DNA of 32,000 bases from Candidatus Saccharimonadota bacterium (GCA_016700015.1 CP064995.1:840001-872000); one strand, 5' to 3'. Positions 1 through 8,426 are shown, counted from the first letter of the stretch. Program-made: numbers and translations. Notes: generated by a model from the letters alone, not told the origin.

Positions 1-66
1 ACTACCTCGCTATTTATGCAATACCACTTACAATAGATCTTCTGGTCTGTTATATAATTAGTGTTG

Positions 67-1053
67 TTATTTGCGCAACGACTTAACACGCCGTACGAAT
101 TTTTTAGCGGTCGGCAGGCCCTTCGACCAGACCCAGTACAGGGGTGAGAGCGGGTAATCATAGGTACCGACTAGCTTGTCCTCATGGCTAGCAAAGCCCT
201 GCTTGAAACTACTTACCCCGTCGTTTAGTAGGCCGTTCATGTCATAGCGGGCAAGCCCCCACTCTTTGCAAGTAGTAATAGCGTGCCACTTCAGGCCATA
301 GTTAGCTCGTAGTTCTTGTCCCTCTTGGTTCATGCCACCATAAAGCTCAAATGCAGTGCGGCTGCTGATCGCCAACCACACAAACGCTATAGGTTTTTCA
401 CCTTTAAATGCCGCAAATATTACCGATGAATCACCAAGATAACGATGAACGTCATAATAATACTTGTCGGTATGAAGGTCGAAGCCGGCGCGTTCAGCAG
501 TGTCGTGATAGATTGCGAGGCATTGGGCAATTTCTTCATCTGTTTTAACCTTCCGAAACACCAGCGCTTCCCTACTCGATTTGCGGATATATTGTCTGGT
601 TTTTTTGCTCATAGCCGTTTCAAGATCAGCCAGTGAACTAGCGAGGTCGAGAATAATTGTACGCGGCAAAAGAATCGTGTTCGTCGTAGGGTGCCATGGG
701 TGGTAGACATCCATCTCACTGTCGTCTGGTTCGATCGATAGCACAGTTCCCGGCAAGTGCTGCTTCGAGTACGCAACGAGCGCCTGGAGTACTTCCCTTT
801 CTTTACCAACCCGCCACACCGGCCCTCGTGGTACATAGTCAAGGCGACGAAATGGCCCAGGCAGACGGCGCACAAGTATCTGTGCCGCACCTTGCACATG
901 ATCCTCGTCATCAACAAATAGCACACGGTGCGCCAGCCAGTTGTTTGCCGCTTTTAGCTCACCCCACCCCCATAGTTGCAGCGGGTGACCGCCCATATCA
1001 TGAACAATTTCATCCCACAGTTCTCTCTCTTCACACACCTTCCCTATCGTCAT
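67..1053 (-). CDS. FemAB-family peptidoglycan interpeptide-bridge transferase (FemX-like)
   Basis: ORF 67..1137 trimmed to the ATG at 1053 (MTIGKVCEE...). FemAB-like blocks run along the whole length (HPLQLWGWGELK, TRQYIRKS, FELYGGMN, ANYGLKWHAI, YDMNGL). A TATAAT box (1061-1066, minus strand) lies 7 nt upstream of this ATG, so the longer 1137 start would include the promoter. Confidence 0.8.
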   Translation of the reverse strand: MTIGKVCEERELWDEIVHDMGGHPLQLWGWGELKAANNWLAHRVLFVDDEDHVQGAAQILVRRLPGPFRRLDYVPRGPVWRVGKEREVLQALVAYSKQHLPGTVLSIEPDDSEMDVYHPWHPTTNTILLPRTIILDLASSLADLETAMSKKTRQYIRKSSREALVFRKVKTDEEIAQCLAIYHDTAERAGFDLHTDKYYYDVHRYLGDSSVIFAAFKGEKPIAFVWLAISSRTAFELYGGMNQEGQELRANYGLKWHAITTCKEWGLARYDMNGLLNDGVSSFKQGFASHEDKLVGTYDYPLSPLYWVWSKGLPTAKKFVRRVKSLRK

Positions 1054-1191
1054 GCTGCATATTATACACCTAATAGCCATAGGCAAATTTGCATAATTTC
1101 GCATGAAGTGTGCTATACTAAAGTAGAACATAAACACGTGGAAAAAATGGCGGTCTTATAGAGGTGTCAGGTATTGACAAATTTTAGAAAT

Positions 1192-1255
1192 GTTTTCACG
1201 TGAAAACTTTCTCATTGATACCTATTGTTTTTATTTGCCTTTTTTCGCGTGAAAC
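1192..1255 (+). promoter_or_regulatory. Two related palindromic boxes upstream of valS (candidate operator)
   Basis: GTTTTCACGTGAAAAC (1192-1207) is a perfect 16-bp palindrome. A near copy, TTTTCGCGTGAAAC, lies at 1242-1255, 24 nt before the valS ATG. No binding protein is identified. Confidence 0.3.
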
Positions 1256-1278
1256 TAAATAGAACACTACGAGGTTGC

Positions 1279-3837
1279 ATGAAGCTATCTAAAGCCTATA
1301 CCCCAAATGACTACGAGCCGACAATTTACGCTCTATGGGAGCAGGCTGCGGTATTTGCGCCGAGCGGCAAGGGAGATCCCTATGCCGTCGTCATGCCACC
1401 GCCCAACGCCAACGGCAATCTGCACATCGGACACGCCTTAGGGACAGCTGTTCAGGATATTTTAGTCCGCTACCATCGGGCCAGGGGCTACGACGCCGTT
1501 TTCGTCCCAGGAGCCGATCATGCTGGATTTGAGACCTGGGTTGTGTACGAAAAAGAACTTGAGGCACTAGGGAGGTCGCGTTTTGAATACTCACGCGACC
1601 AACTTTACTCACAAGTATGGGATTTTGTTGACAAACATCGTGGCAATGTGGAGTTACAGCTACGGGCCCTTGGGGCAGGGGTGAGCTGGAACGATTTGGT
1701 GTTTACTCTCGACGCCAAAGTAATAGACACCGTTTACAATACGTTCAAGCGCATGTGGGATGACGGACTGGTATACAGGGGTGAGAAAATTGTCAGTTAC
1801 TGTACCAAGCACCATACGAGCTTCGCGGATATTGAAGTTCAGCACAAAGACGAGAAATCGAAGCTGTGGAAAATTGCCTATCCAACTCTCGACAAAATCG
1901 GCGAGATTGTGGTTGCAACCACACGTCCCGAAACCATGCTGGGTGATGTTGCTGTCGCCGTTCACCCCGATGACGAGCGTTACAAGCACCTAGTGAGCAC
2001 AAAAGTACAGCTACCTATCACTAATAAAGAAATTCCGGTTATCGCGGATAGCTACGTCGACCCCGCATATGGCACTGGCGCCGTGAAGATTACCCCTGCC
2101 CATGACCCCAATGACTATGAAATGGCCCAGCGGCATAATTTACCAGCGGTGCAGGTGATAGGTTTTGACGGTAAAATGACCAACGTCCCACAGCAGTATC
2201 TTGGCAAAACACCGGAAGAAGCTCGCAAGAGCATTCTCGCAGCATTAGAAGCCGAGGAACTACGTCGTGGCGAGGATGATATCGTGCATGCTGTGGCACA
2301 TTGCTACAAGTGTGGTACGGTTATCGAACCACTTCTCAAAGAACAATGGTTTCTTAAAATGGAAACGTTAGCCGCACGTGCAATTGCAGCGATCGAGGCC
2401 GGTGAGGTTAGCTTTACGCCAAGCAACAAAGGAAGTGTGGTCATCAACTACCTCAAACAGCTGCGCGACTGGAACCTAAGCCGACAAATCCCGTGGGGGA
2501 TACCGATTCCAGCGTTTCAGAGTACTACAAACCCCGATGATTGGATATTTGATCGGCGTGTCGATGAAAAACAAATTGTTGTCAATGGCACAACATATAT
2601 CAGAGAAGAAGATACCTTTGACACCTGGTTTAGTAGTGGCCAGTGGCCGTTTATCACCACCGATTTCCTAACTGGCGGTCGCCTGGCAAAATTCTACCCC
2701 AACGCTGTTATGGAAACGGCGGGGGACATTTTGTTCGCCTGGGTGGCACGTATGATTATGCTTGGCCTCTATGTTACTGATACTGTGCCGTTCCGTCACG
2801 TCTATTTACATGGTCTGGTACTTGACGAGCGGGGCGTGAAGATGAGCAAAAGTAAGGGTAATGTTATCAACCCCATGGAAATCGTTAGTGAATATGGCAG
2901 CGATGCACTGCGCTTTGGTATTGTATCGGCCCGTAGCGCAGCCCAACCGCAAGCGTTTAGTGCTGGCAAGGTGGTTGCCGGGCGCAACCTCTGTAATAAG
3001 TTGTGGAATGTTGCACGGTTCATCGAAGCTAGCAGCGGTGAAGTGGTCGTAAAACCCCACCCTGAACCCCGTAGCCTTGCCGACCACTGGATTATCCATC
3101 GCCTTAACCTCGCCACCGAGCAGTTGCAGGCTCAGCTCGATGATTATCGATTTGCCGAAGCGGCCGAAACAGTCTACCACCTGATTTGGGATGATATCGC
3201 CGACTGGTATATTGAGGTCAGCAAAGTCGAAGCAAATGTCAGCATGAGCGCCTACGTGCTCGATACTGCTCTTAAACTGTCACATCCATTCATGCCGTTT
3301 GTTACCGAGACAATCTGGCAATCCCTCGATTGGCACGATGATCTACTCGCCGCGCAGCCGTGGCCACCGGTGACCGACTGTAATGAGCTTGCCGCCGCTG
3401 AATTTGGCCGGCTAAAGCGCCTCGTAACAGAGATACGCTATGTCACAAGCGAGCTACCTGGCAACATTAAATATTCAGTAATCTATGGTGACGATGCACT
3501 TGTCGCTGATAATGCCGAGCTAATACGCCGCTTAGCGAAATTGCAGTCCGTCGTTTATACCGATACACCGCGTGGACTGCGCCTTGCCGCCAGCGGTCGT
3601 GATGCCTGGCTCGACATCGATGCCGAGACACTATATGAACACCAAACAAACCTCGAACGTCGGCTGGCAGAAGCTAACCGCGAGGCTGACATGCTAACAA
3701 CTCGACTGGCCAATGAACACTACGTTGCGAAGGCTCCTGCTAACCTAGTAGAAGAGACCAAACAGCAACTTACCAGCAAAAAAGCACTTATAGAGCGCCT
3801 TGAAGCCGAGCTGACAGTTATCGGTTCTAGTGACTAG
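1279..3837 (+). CDS. valS: Valine--tRNA ligase
   Basis: Class I aaRS signatures are present: HIGH (1423-1434) and KMSKS (2839-2853). ValRS-typical blocks (TRPETMLGD, WNLSRQ) and a C-terminal coiled-coil tail are also present. The start is set at the ATG at 1279 (MKLSKAYTP...), preceded by GAGG at 1271-1274; the ORF-track TTG at 1225 is rejected. Confidence 0.95.
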   Translation: MKLSKAYTPNDYEPTIYALWEQAAVFAPSGKGDPYAVVMPPPNANGNLHIGHALGTAVQDILVRYHRARGYDAVFVPGADHAGFETWVVYEKELEALGRSRFEYSRDQLYSQVWDFVDKHRGNVELQLRALGAGVSWNDLVFTLDAKVIDTVYNTFKRMWDDGLVYRGEKIVSYCTKHHTSFADIEVQHKDEKSKLWKIAYPTLDKIGEIVVATTRPETMLGDVAVAVHPDDERYKHLVSTKVQLPITNKEIPVIADSYVDPAYGTGAVKITPAHDPNDYEMAQRHNLPAVQVIGFDGKMTNVPQQYLGKTPEEARKSILAALEAEELRRGEDDIVHAVAHCYKCGTVIEPLLKEQWFLKMETLAARAIAAIEAGEVSFTPSNKGSVVINYLKQLRDWNLSRQIPWGIPIPAFQSTTNPDDWIFDRRVDEKQIVVNGTTYIREEDTFDTWFSSGQWPFITTDFLTGGRLAKFYPNAVMETAGDILFAWVARMIMLGLYVTDTVPFRHVYLHGLVLDERGVKMSKSKGNVINPMEIVSEYGSDALRFGIVSARSAAQPQAFSAGKVVAGRNLCNKLWNVARFIEASSGEVVVKPHPEPRSLADHWIIHRLNLATEQLQAQLDDYRFAEAAETVYHLIWDDIADWYIEVSKVEANVSMSAYVLDTALKLSHPFMPFVTETIWQSLDWHDDLLAAQPWPPVTDCNELAAAEFGRLKRLVTEIRYVTSELPGNIKYSVIYGDDALVADNAELIRRLAKLQSVVYTDTPRGLRLAASGRDAWLDIDAETLYEHQTNLERRLAEANREADMLTTRLANEHYVAKAPANLVEETKQQLTSKKALIERLEAELTVIGSSD

Positions 3838-4250
3838 TCAACAATCGGCAAATTTGCATTGTCGAAAGCGTGACGACCACCAAACTCAATCTGTTTGAGC
3901 ACGTATTTGTGGTGCGCCTCACGACGGGGAGGCACTGTAGGACTCTGGTATGTAAAGCTGCTCATGAGGGAATTTCGCGCAGCATTGTGATCGGGGTGAG
4001 TGTGTGTATCTGATTCAATGACAGTACGAAATCGCTGGACCAGTTCATCGGTGGTACTAACCGCATCAAAAGGACGATGGAGAGCAGTTGTCGCAGCACG
4101 GTCGACGCGCCCGTCGTGCATAAACACCCCAAAGGCCGTCAGGAGGCTGACAGAGGTCATGACTTTATGTGCAATGGTGGTGAGTGTTTCCATATGTTTG
4201 TTTTGTTGGGTAACACTACCAAATGTAGCATAAACTTTTTGAATTGTCAA
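3834..4250 (-). CDS. Hypothetical protein, last gene of the HIT-rlmH operon
   Basis: 138-aa ORF immediately downstream of rlmH on the same strand. It has no recognisable motifs. The start is uncertain: TTG at 4250 or ATG at 4193. Its 3' end overlaps the valS stop by 4 nt. Confidence 0.45.
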   Translation of the reverse strand: MTIQKVYATFGSVTQQNKHMETLTTIAHKVMTSVSLLTAFGVFMHDGRVDRAATTALHRPFDAVSTTDELVQRFRTVIESDTHTHPDHNAARNSLMSSFTYQSPTVPPRREAHHKYVLKQIEFGGRHAFDNANLPIVD

Positions 4251-4262
4251 TGTGATGTCATT

Positions 4263-4718
4263 TCATAGGTGGTGATAGGGGTGAGCGGTAGCTATACACT
4301 GTGCCCTATACAGCTGCTCAACAACTACCAGCCTCACTAGTTGATGAGGCAGCACCAGCGATGAAAGTGACAAGACTAAGTCAGCACGAGCCCGCAGCTC
4401 TTTATCAACTCCATAAGCACCCCCGATAACGAAAACAAGCTGTTTGCCGCGCACAAAATAATCTACGACCACATCGGACAGGGTAGAGGAGTCGAGCTGA
4501 GTGCCGCGTTCGTCAAGCAAAATAACCGTGTCGGTAGGCGCAAGGCGCTTACGTATGGTGTGAGACTCGTTGTCGCGGGCTCTAGTGCCTTCTTCAGCAC
4601 TGTGTGGTAAAAGTACCCACTCGACATTCCACGGCGCTCTGAGACGCTTAGAGTAGCGTTCGATACCCTCCGCAACCCACGACTCATGCTTTTTACCGAT
4701 GGTAATGATTTTAATCAT
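4263..4718 (-). CDS. rlmH: 23S rRNA (pseudouridine1915-N3)-methyltransferase RlmH (SPOUT family)
   Basis: Size (~150 aa) and motifs fit RlmH: MIKIITIGKK..., YSKRL, VFVIGGAYG, LSLSSLVLPHQLVRLVVVEQLYRA. The start overlaps the HIT gene stop (ATGATTAA). Confidence 0.85.
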   Translation of the reverse strand: MIKIITIGKKHESWVAEGIERYSKRLRAPWNVEWVLLPHSAEEGTRARDNESHTIRKRLAPTDTVILLDERGTQLDSSTLSDVVVDYFVRGKQLVFVIGGAYGVDKELRARADLVLSLSSLVLPHQLVRLVVVEQLYRAQCIATAHPYHHL

Positions 4719-5106
4719 CGAACCGTAGGATAGTCGCTAATTCAGCTAACTCATCTTGAGTCGGCGTGGGACTGTTGGCGTGCTTCCCCATGTATTCCCC
4801 ATAGTTAAATGGCAGTACATGCACATGGGCATGCGGAACGTCAACACCCTTAACTGAAATGCCAATTCGATCTGTTTTTAGCTTCGCCTGATGGTTATTT
4901 GCTACTTTTTTTACGGCAGCCCATACCGCCTGATAGGTTTTATCGTCGAGGTGATTAAACTGATCAACCTGGACTTTTGGTACGACTAGCGTGTGGCCAA
5001 TGACATTGGGTGAGATGTCCAGAAACGCGAGAATATCGGCGTTCTCGTACACTTTATGGCAGGGGATCTCACCCTTGATAATTTTCGTGAAAATTGAGTC
5101 TTTCAT
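4711..5106 (-). CDS. HIT-family (histidine triad) nucleotide hydrolase
   Basis: MKDSIFTKIIKGEIPCHKVYEN... and the histidine triad HAHVHVLP. The ORF is trimmed to the ATG at 5106. TATACT (5114-5119, minus) lies 7 nt upstream of it. Confidence 0.85.
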   Translation of the reverse strand: MKDSIFTKIIKGEIPCHKVYENADILAFLDISPNVIGHTLVVPKVQVDQFNHLDDKTYQAVWAAVKKVANNHQAKLKTDRIGISVKGVDVPHAHVHVLPFNYGEYMGKHANSPTPTQDELAELATILRFDD

Positions 5107-5201
5107 AAATCTTAGTATACTCCATGCTCTTTTTGCATTTTTGCATATTCGTGGTACAGTAATAGTAATTGCATGACATCCACCACTGAGGAGGTGACCC
5201 T

Positions 5202-6080
5202 GTGCTCGCAACGTTCTTTTCATCACTGTCGAGTAGTGGTGCGGTACAAGGCATCACTGGCCTCGTGGGCCTCGTTGCCTCGGCAGCACTGTACAAATTG
5301 TTCATCGACTTCATTCAGCCCTGGGAGCAGGGCATCCGCACACGGAACAACAAGCCCGACATGCGTCACCTTCCTATGGGATGGGCACGCAAGTCTACAC
5401 TCTGGGCTTCGCTACTACTGCTCCTTGCCTTACTCGGCCTGGGGTTGTTCACTGAAATCCTCAGTGGTTGGTTGTTCCTGGCTGGCCTGATCACACTGGT
5501 CACTCTGCTTGTCCTGACGCTCACTTCCTGGCCTCGCGGCGAGAACTGGGCACATAGTGAGCCTGGGATTGTATGGAAGGTGCCGGGGTGGTTCAACTGG
5601 ACCCACATCTCGTTGAAGCGTGAGATCAGGACCCCCGTCATGGAGAACGCCTCTGACGCAACCGGCCTGCCGGTCTACCTTCAGCTGGCCTACCAGTGGT
5701 CGCGCACCCCAGATCACCCAGGGGCGCAGTGGTTGTCCTGGAACGGCATCGAGAACCTCGAAGCCACCATGGACGCACTGGTTATGAGTGTCGCCCAGGC
5801 GGAACTCAAAGCAGTCGCCGGTGCCGCTGCTATGAGCCCGGCACAACAAGCGGCGTTTGTGGAGCGCATCCTTGTGGCGTGTGTCGACGAGTTCTCGGCC
5901 CACATGGGCACGATACTGTACTACGTGTCGGTCGCCGTGTTGGGCCTACCACCCCAGGTGGCTGGCTCGCGCATCATCGCCGAGGCGCTGTCGGCGCTGA
6001 CGCCAGATGAGGCGGCAGAACAACGCGAAGTTCTGCGCGCTGCTGTTGTGGCACTTGATGCCACGCAGTCGAGCACATAG
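5202..6080 (+). CDS. Hypothetical membrane protein, compositionally GC-richer orphan
   Basis: GTG start at 5202, preceded by a strong SD GAGGAGG (5188-5194, 7-nt gap). The N-terminal third has about three hydrophobic helices and the C-terminal part is soluble and Ala-rich. A stem-loop plus T tract follows. Several long shadow ORFs in other frames are the footprint of locally raised GC. Confidence 0.65.
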   Translation: MLATFFSSLSSSGAVQGITGLVGLVASAALYKLFIDFIQPWEQGIRTRNNKPDMRHLPMGWARKSTLWASLLLLLALLGLGLFTEILSGWLFLAGLITLVTLLVLTLTSWPRGENWAHSEPGIVWKVPGWFNWTHISLKREIRTPVMENASDATGLPVYLQLAYQWSRTPDHPGAQWLSWNGIENLEATMDALVMSVAQAELKAVAGAAAMSPAQQAAFVERILVACVDEFSAHMGTILYYVSVAVLGLPPQVAGSRIIAEALSALTPDEAAEQREVLRAAVVALDATQSST

Positions 6081-6087
6081 CTCGCTC

Positions 6088-6127
6088 GCCCTCCCTTGTC
6101 CGCTTGCGGATGGGGGAGGGCATTTTC
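6088..6127 (+). terminator. Rho-independent terminator of the 5202..6080 gene
   Basis: GCCCTCCC (6088-6095) pairs with GGGAGGGC (6114-6121). An inner TCCG/CGGA stem lies between them, and ATTTTC follows. Confidence 0.7.
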
Positions 6128-6159
6128 ATGCGCAGCCTGCTACAATTAGTGATGAGTAA

Positions 6160-6250
6160 GGAGAGGTGTCTGAGTGGTTGAAGGTGCCGCTCTCGAAAAG
6201 CGGTGTGCGGTTTTCCCGTACCGGGAGTTCGAATCTCCCCCTCTCCGCCA
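6160..6250 (+). tRNA. tRNA-Ser (anticodon CGA), CCA encoded
   Basis: Acceptor GGAGAGG/CCTCTCC. Anticodon stem CCGCT/AGCGG with loop CTCGAAA. Long variable arm, T-loop GGGAGTTCGAATCTCCC, and terminal GCCA. Confidence 0.9.
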
Positions 6251-6294
6251 AAGTAATAGGATCCAGCACGGCGCTGGATCCTATTACTTTGGCG
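6246..6294 (+). terminator. Long perfect hairpin that includes the tRNA-Ser(CGA) 3' GCCA end
   Basis: GCCAAAGTAATAGGATCCAGC (6247-6267) and GCTGGATCCTATTACTTTGGC (6273-6293) are exact reverse complements, with a 5-nt loop. No U tract follows. Confidence 0.6.
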
Positions 6295-6331
6295 ACCGAA
6301 CTAGGTATCTTGAGACCGTAGCGACAAGCGA

Positions 6332-7057
6332 CTAATCAATACGGTAGAAGTGCGTACGGATTAATGTTTTGTAAGGATCCCATATTTGCTTGGCTTTTTT
6401 ATGAGTGAGCGTCGACATTTTGACCAAAATCACGAGCAGCATTGTGAGACCAGTACATAGAAGAGCGGCAAGCACGCGGTAAACCGCTCCGTCACCCGCA
6501 TCGAGTAACATGACAAATGACAGTGTGACTGTGAAGAGTACCAACATAATCATCCATTCATTGCTAAAGACTCGGTTTGTCATTTGCATCGCAAAGTTTG
6601 TGCGGTTAAGTTCATTTGCAACAAGCTTTTCAAGAAATTGCCTTATCAAATCTTGATGCTCGCCTCGGTAGTCCACACAATAGCTAATGAGCTTTTCGTA
6701 CCTTTCCTCGCCTTCACCTGCTTTACATTGTTTCGCAGATGCATTGACGTACTCATATAGCAACCTTTTTAGGTCAGCACGAATAGGGTCGGGGAACGAC
6801 TTCAGTGTCAACATCATTGCGAATACCGCATTTGCCTCTTGGCGAACAATTTTATGGAGTTCTTCAATACGCAGTTTTTGTGAAGAAAGGATCGGGGCAA
6901 TATAAAAGCCATAGAGAAAGGAGTTCACTGAAAAAAGTGTTAGTGCAGCACTGTCAAATTTCATCCTTGGCGCGAGAAAAACCACCGCGAAGAAAATGAG
7001 AAAAAAACCTAAAAAATAATGGGTAAGACGAATCTTAGTAAGCAAAAGTTGTTTCAT
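6332..7057 (-). CDS. Integral membrane protein (possibly DUF4239-like)
   Basis: Two N-terminal and two C-terminal hydrophobic helices flank a helical soluble middle. The start is the ATG at 7057 (MKQLLL...). The GTG at 7069 falls inside the -10 box. Confidence 0.6.
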   Translation of the reverse strand: MKQLLLTKIRLTHYFLGFFLIFFAVVFLAPRMKFDSAALTLFSVNSFLYGFYIAPILSSQKLRIEELHKIVRQEANAVFAMMLTLKSFPDPIRADLKRLLYEYVNASAKQCKAGEGEERYEKLISYCVDYRGEHQDLIRQFLEKLVANELNRTNFAMQMTNRVFSNEWMIMLVLFTVTLSFVMLLDAGDGAVYRVLAALLCTGLTMLLVILVKMSTLTHKKAKQIWDPYKTLIRTHFYRID

Positions 7058-7067
7058 AGTAATTAAC

Positions 7068-7097
7068 ACTATACCCGATAAACAAGAGTTCTATCAA
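7068..7097 (-). promoter_or_regulatory. Sigma70-like promoter TTGATA-18-TATAGT for the 6332..7057 gene
   Basis: Minus-strand TTGATA (7092-7097) and TATAGT (7068-7073). Only 10 nt separate the -10 box from the ATG at 7057, and there is no SD. Confidence 0.55.
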
Positions 7098-7236
7098 TAC
7101 ATAGTAACCACGGGTATAATAACCAACATACTACCCACGCATTTCTCAAACGAGAATAATCACGGGTGAACCCCTGATTTCTTCTTTTAATCCCACCGGT
7201 TACGCGTCACACATTCGGCATACTTAATCAGTGCGT

Positions 7237-7281
7237 TACCAAAGAAAATAGAGGTAACAATGACCTCTATTTTCTCTGGTA
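7237..7281 (-). terminator. Hairpin that includes the tRNA-Arg 3' ACCA end
   Basis: ACCAAAGAAAATAGAGGT (7238-7255) pairs with ACCTCTATTTTCTCTGGT (7263-7280). There is one G-U position and a 7-nt loop. No U tract follows on the minus strand. Confidence 0.55.
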
Positions 7282-7353
7282 CACCCGGTACGATTCGAAC
7301 GTGCGACCTTTGGCTCCGCAAGCCAACGCTCTATCCAGCTGAGCTACGGGTGC
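7277..7353 (-). tRNA. tRNA-Arg (anticodon GCG), CCA encoded
   Basis: The reverse complement reads GCACCCG TA GCTCAGCTGGATAGAGC G TTGGC TTGCGGA GCCAA AGGTC GCACG TTCGAAT CGTAC CGGGTGT ACCA. This is an Arg-type D arm with anticodon loop TTGCGGA. It has one C-A mismatch in the T stem and a G1-U72 pair. Confidence 0.85.
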
Positions 7354-7380
7354 ATATGCTGGTAATTGTTACTGTACTGC

Positions 7381-7467
7381 ATGTCGATACAGCTGGATAG
7401 AGCGTTTGGCGTGTCGTGTTCGCTGAAGGCTCTCCAGGCTGAGCCACGGGGCATATGCTGGTGGCGG
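7381..7467 (-). pseudogene. tRNA-Arg-derived remnants (degenerate 5' part plus an inverted D-arm fragment)
   Basis: 7431-7462 (TCTCCAGGCTGAGCCACGGGGCATATGCTGGT) is a degenerate direct copy of 7331-7363, which is the tRNA 5' end plus its upstream flank ATATGCTGGT. 7390-7404 (CAGCTGGATAGAGCG) is a perfect inverted copy of 7328-7342. Confidence 0.45.
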
Positions 7468-7520
7468 TGTAGTGCATGCAACTGACAAATCATAGCACGT
7501 ATCAGAGGTGAAGGCAAGCC

Positions 7521-8219
7521 CTACAACCTAAGTCGGGCGAGTAAGTTGTCAATCATATCTGGCTTAACCTCTTTCATAGGAAGGCGAGTTGCAAGCATAT
7601 CTACGAGCGATTCGCCAACTTCTTCCGGAAAATAAATCGTGTGGCCAATCTGAAAACGACGGCGAGGCGTAAAGACAATCGCATGCTTATCGTCCTTACT
7701 CAGTACTCCAAATGATTTAAATTGATCGTAGGGAAATAGTTTATCGTCGACATGTAACCCCTTGCGGCTCAGCGTATAGTCATGAATTACCGCTGGACGT
7801 TTGACATACACCACGAGAGCGACTGCCATGATGGGAATAAGCACCATAAACGTGATCGATTTCATCAGGAAAAAGGCGATAGCCATCAGCGCCACTACGA
7901 CTACACCTAGTCCTATAAACCATGGTCGCGATTGTTCTTGCTGTACGTATTCAGCCGCCTGCCAGCGCAGTACTGATGCGTCATCTTCATTTATCTCGTC
8001 AGTATCATCCACTATCATAACTTCGGGGTTGCTGGCATCTTCATCCGCTACAGACATATCGACTGGTTCGACTACCGTATCGTCTGGTGGCTGAGCCTCC
8101 AATTCAGTTGGAGCCGGTGGAACGGTGGTTTCGATGGGGGACGCCTGATACGGAGCCGCCGCGGGTGCCTGCGGTGGTTGCTGCCATGTTTGCTGTTCGT
8201 CCTGGGACTGTGGTTGCAT
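7521..8219 (-). CDS. Hypothetical membrane protein with an acidic Pro/Gln-rich N-terminus
   Basis: 232-aa ORF with a low-complexity N-terminal ~90 aa, two adjacent TM helices (FIGLGVVVVALMAIAFFL, MVLIPIMAVALVVYV) and a ~90-aa C-terminal domain. TATACT (8227-8232, minus) lies 7 nt upstream of the ATG. Confidence 0.7.
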   Translation of the reverse strand: MQPQSQDEQQTWQQPPQAPAAAPYQASPIETTVPPAPTELEAQPPDDTVVEPVDMSVADEDASNPEVMIVDDTDEINEDDASVLRWQAAEYVQQEQSRPWFIGLGVVVVALMAIAFFLMKSITFMVLIPIMAVALVVYVKRPAVIHDYTLSRKGLHVDDKLFPYDQFKSFGVLSKDDKHAIVFTPRRRFQIGHTIYFPEEVGESLVDMLATRLPMKEVKPDMIDNLLARLRL

Positions 8220-8333
8220 ACGATTAGTATAACATGAGCAATAAGCCTATGTTCAACCACTGTACCACACTGTTGTTTTGTGCTACAATACTGCGAGCCC
8301 ATACATCTGTTAAGCATATAGCCTTAACTCTAC

Positions 8334-8426
8334 GGAGGAGTACCCAAGTGGCTGAAGGGGACGGTTTGCTAAATCGTTAGTATGGGGAGACCTGTAGCGG
8401 GAGTTCGAATCTCCCCTCCTCCGCCA
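8334..8426 (+). tRNA. tRNA-Ser (anticodon GCU), CCA encoded
   Basis: Acceptor GGAGGAG/CTCCTCC. Anticodon stem ACGGT/ATCGT with loop TTGCTAA. Long variable arm, T-loop GGGAGTTCGAATCTCCC, and terminal GCCA. Confidence 0.9.

Noticed and set aside
5173-6010. Five overlapping ORFs (5173-5490+, 5366-5641-, 5430-5903-, 5696-6010+, 5714-5911-) inside the GC-rich gene
   Set aside because: They are Arg/Pro/Gly-rich translations typical of off-frame reading of GC-rich DNA. They have no SDs. The 5202-6080 frame alone has an SD, TM helices and a terminator.
7109-7120. Plus-strand CGGGTATAAT box in the 7070-7237 intergenic region as the promoter of an sRNA antisense to tRNA-Arg
   Set aside because: There is no convincing -35 box, and no downstream plus-strand gene or structure other than the shared tRNA hairpin. 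The region also serves the minus-strand promoter at 7068-7097, so evidence is insufficient.
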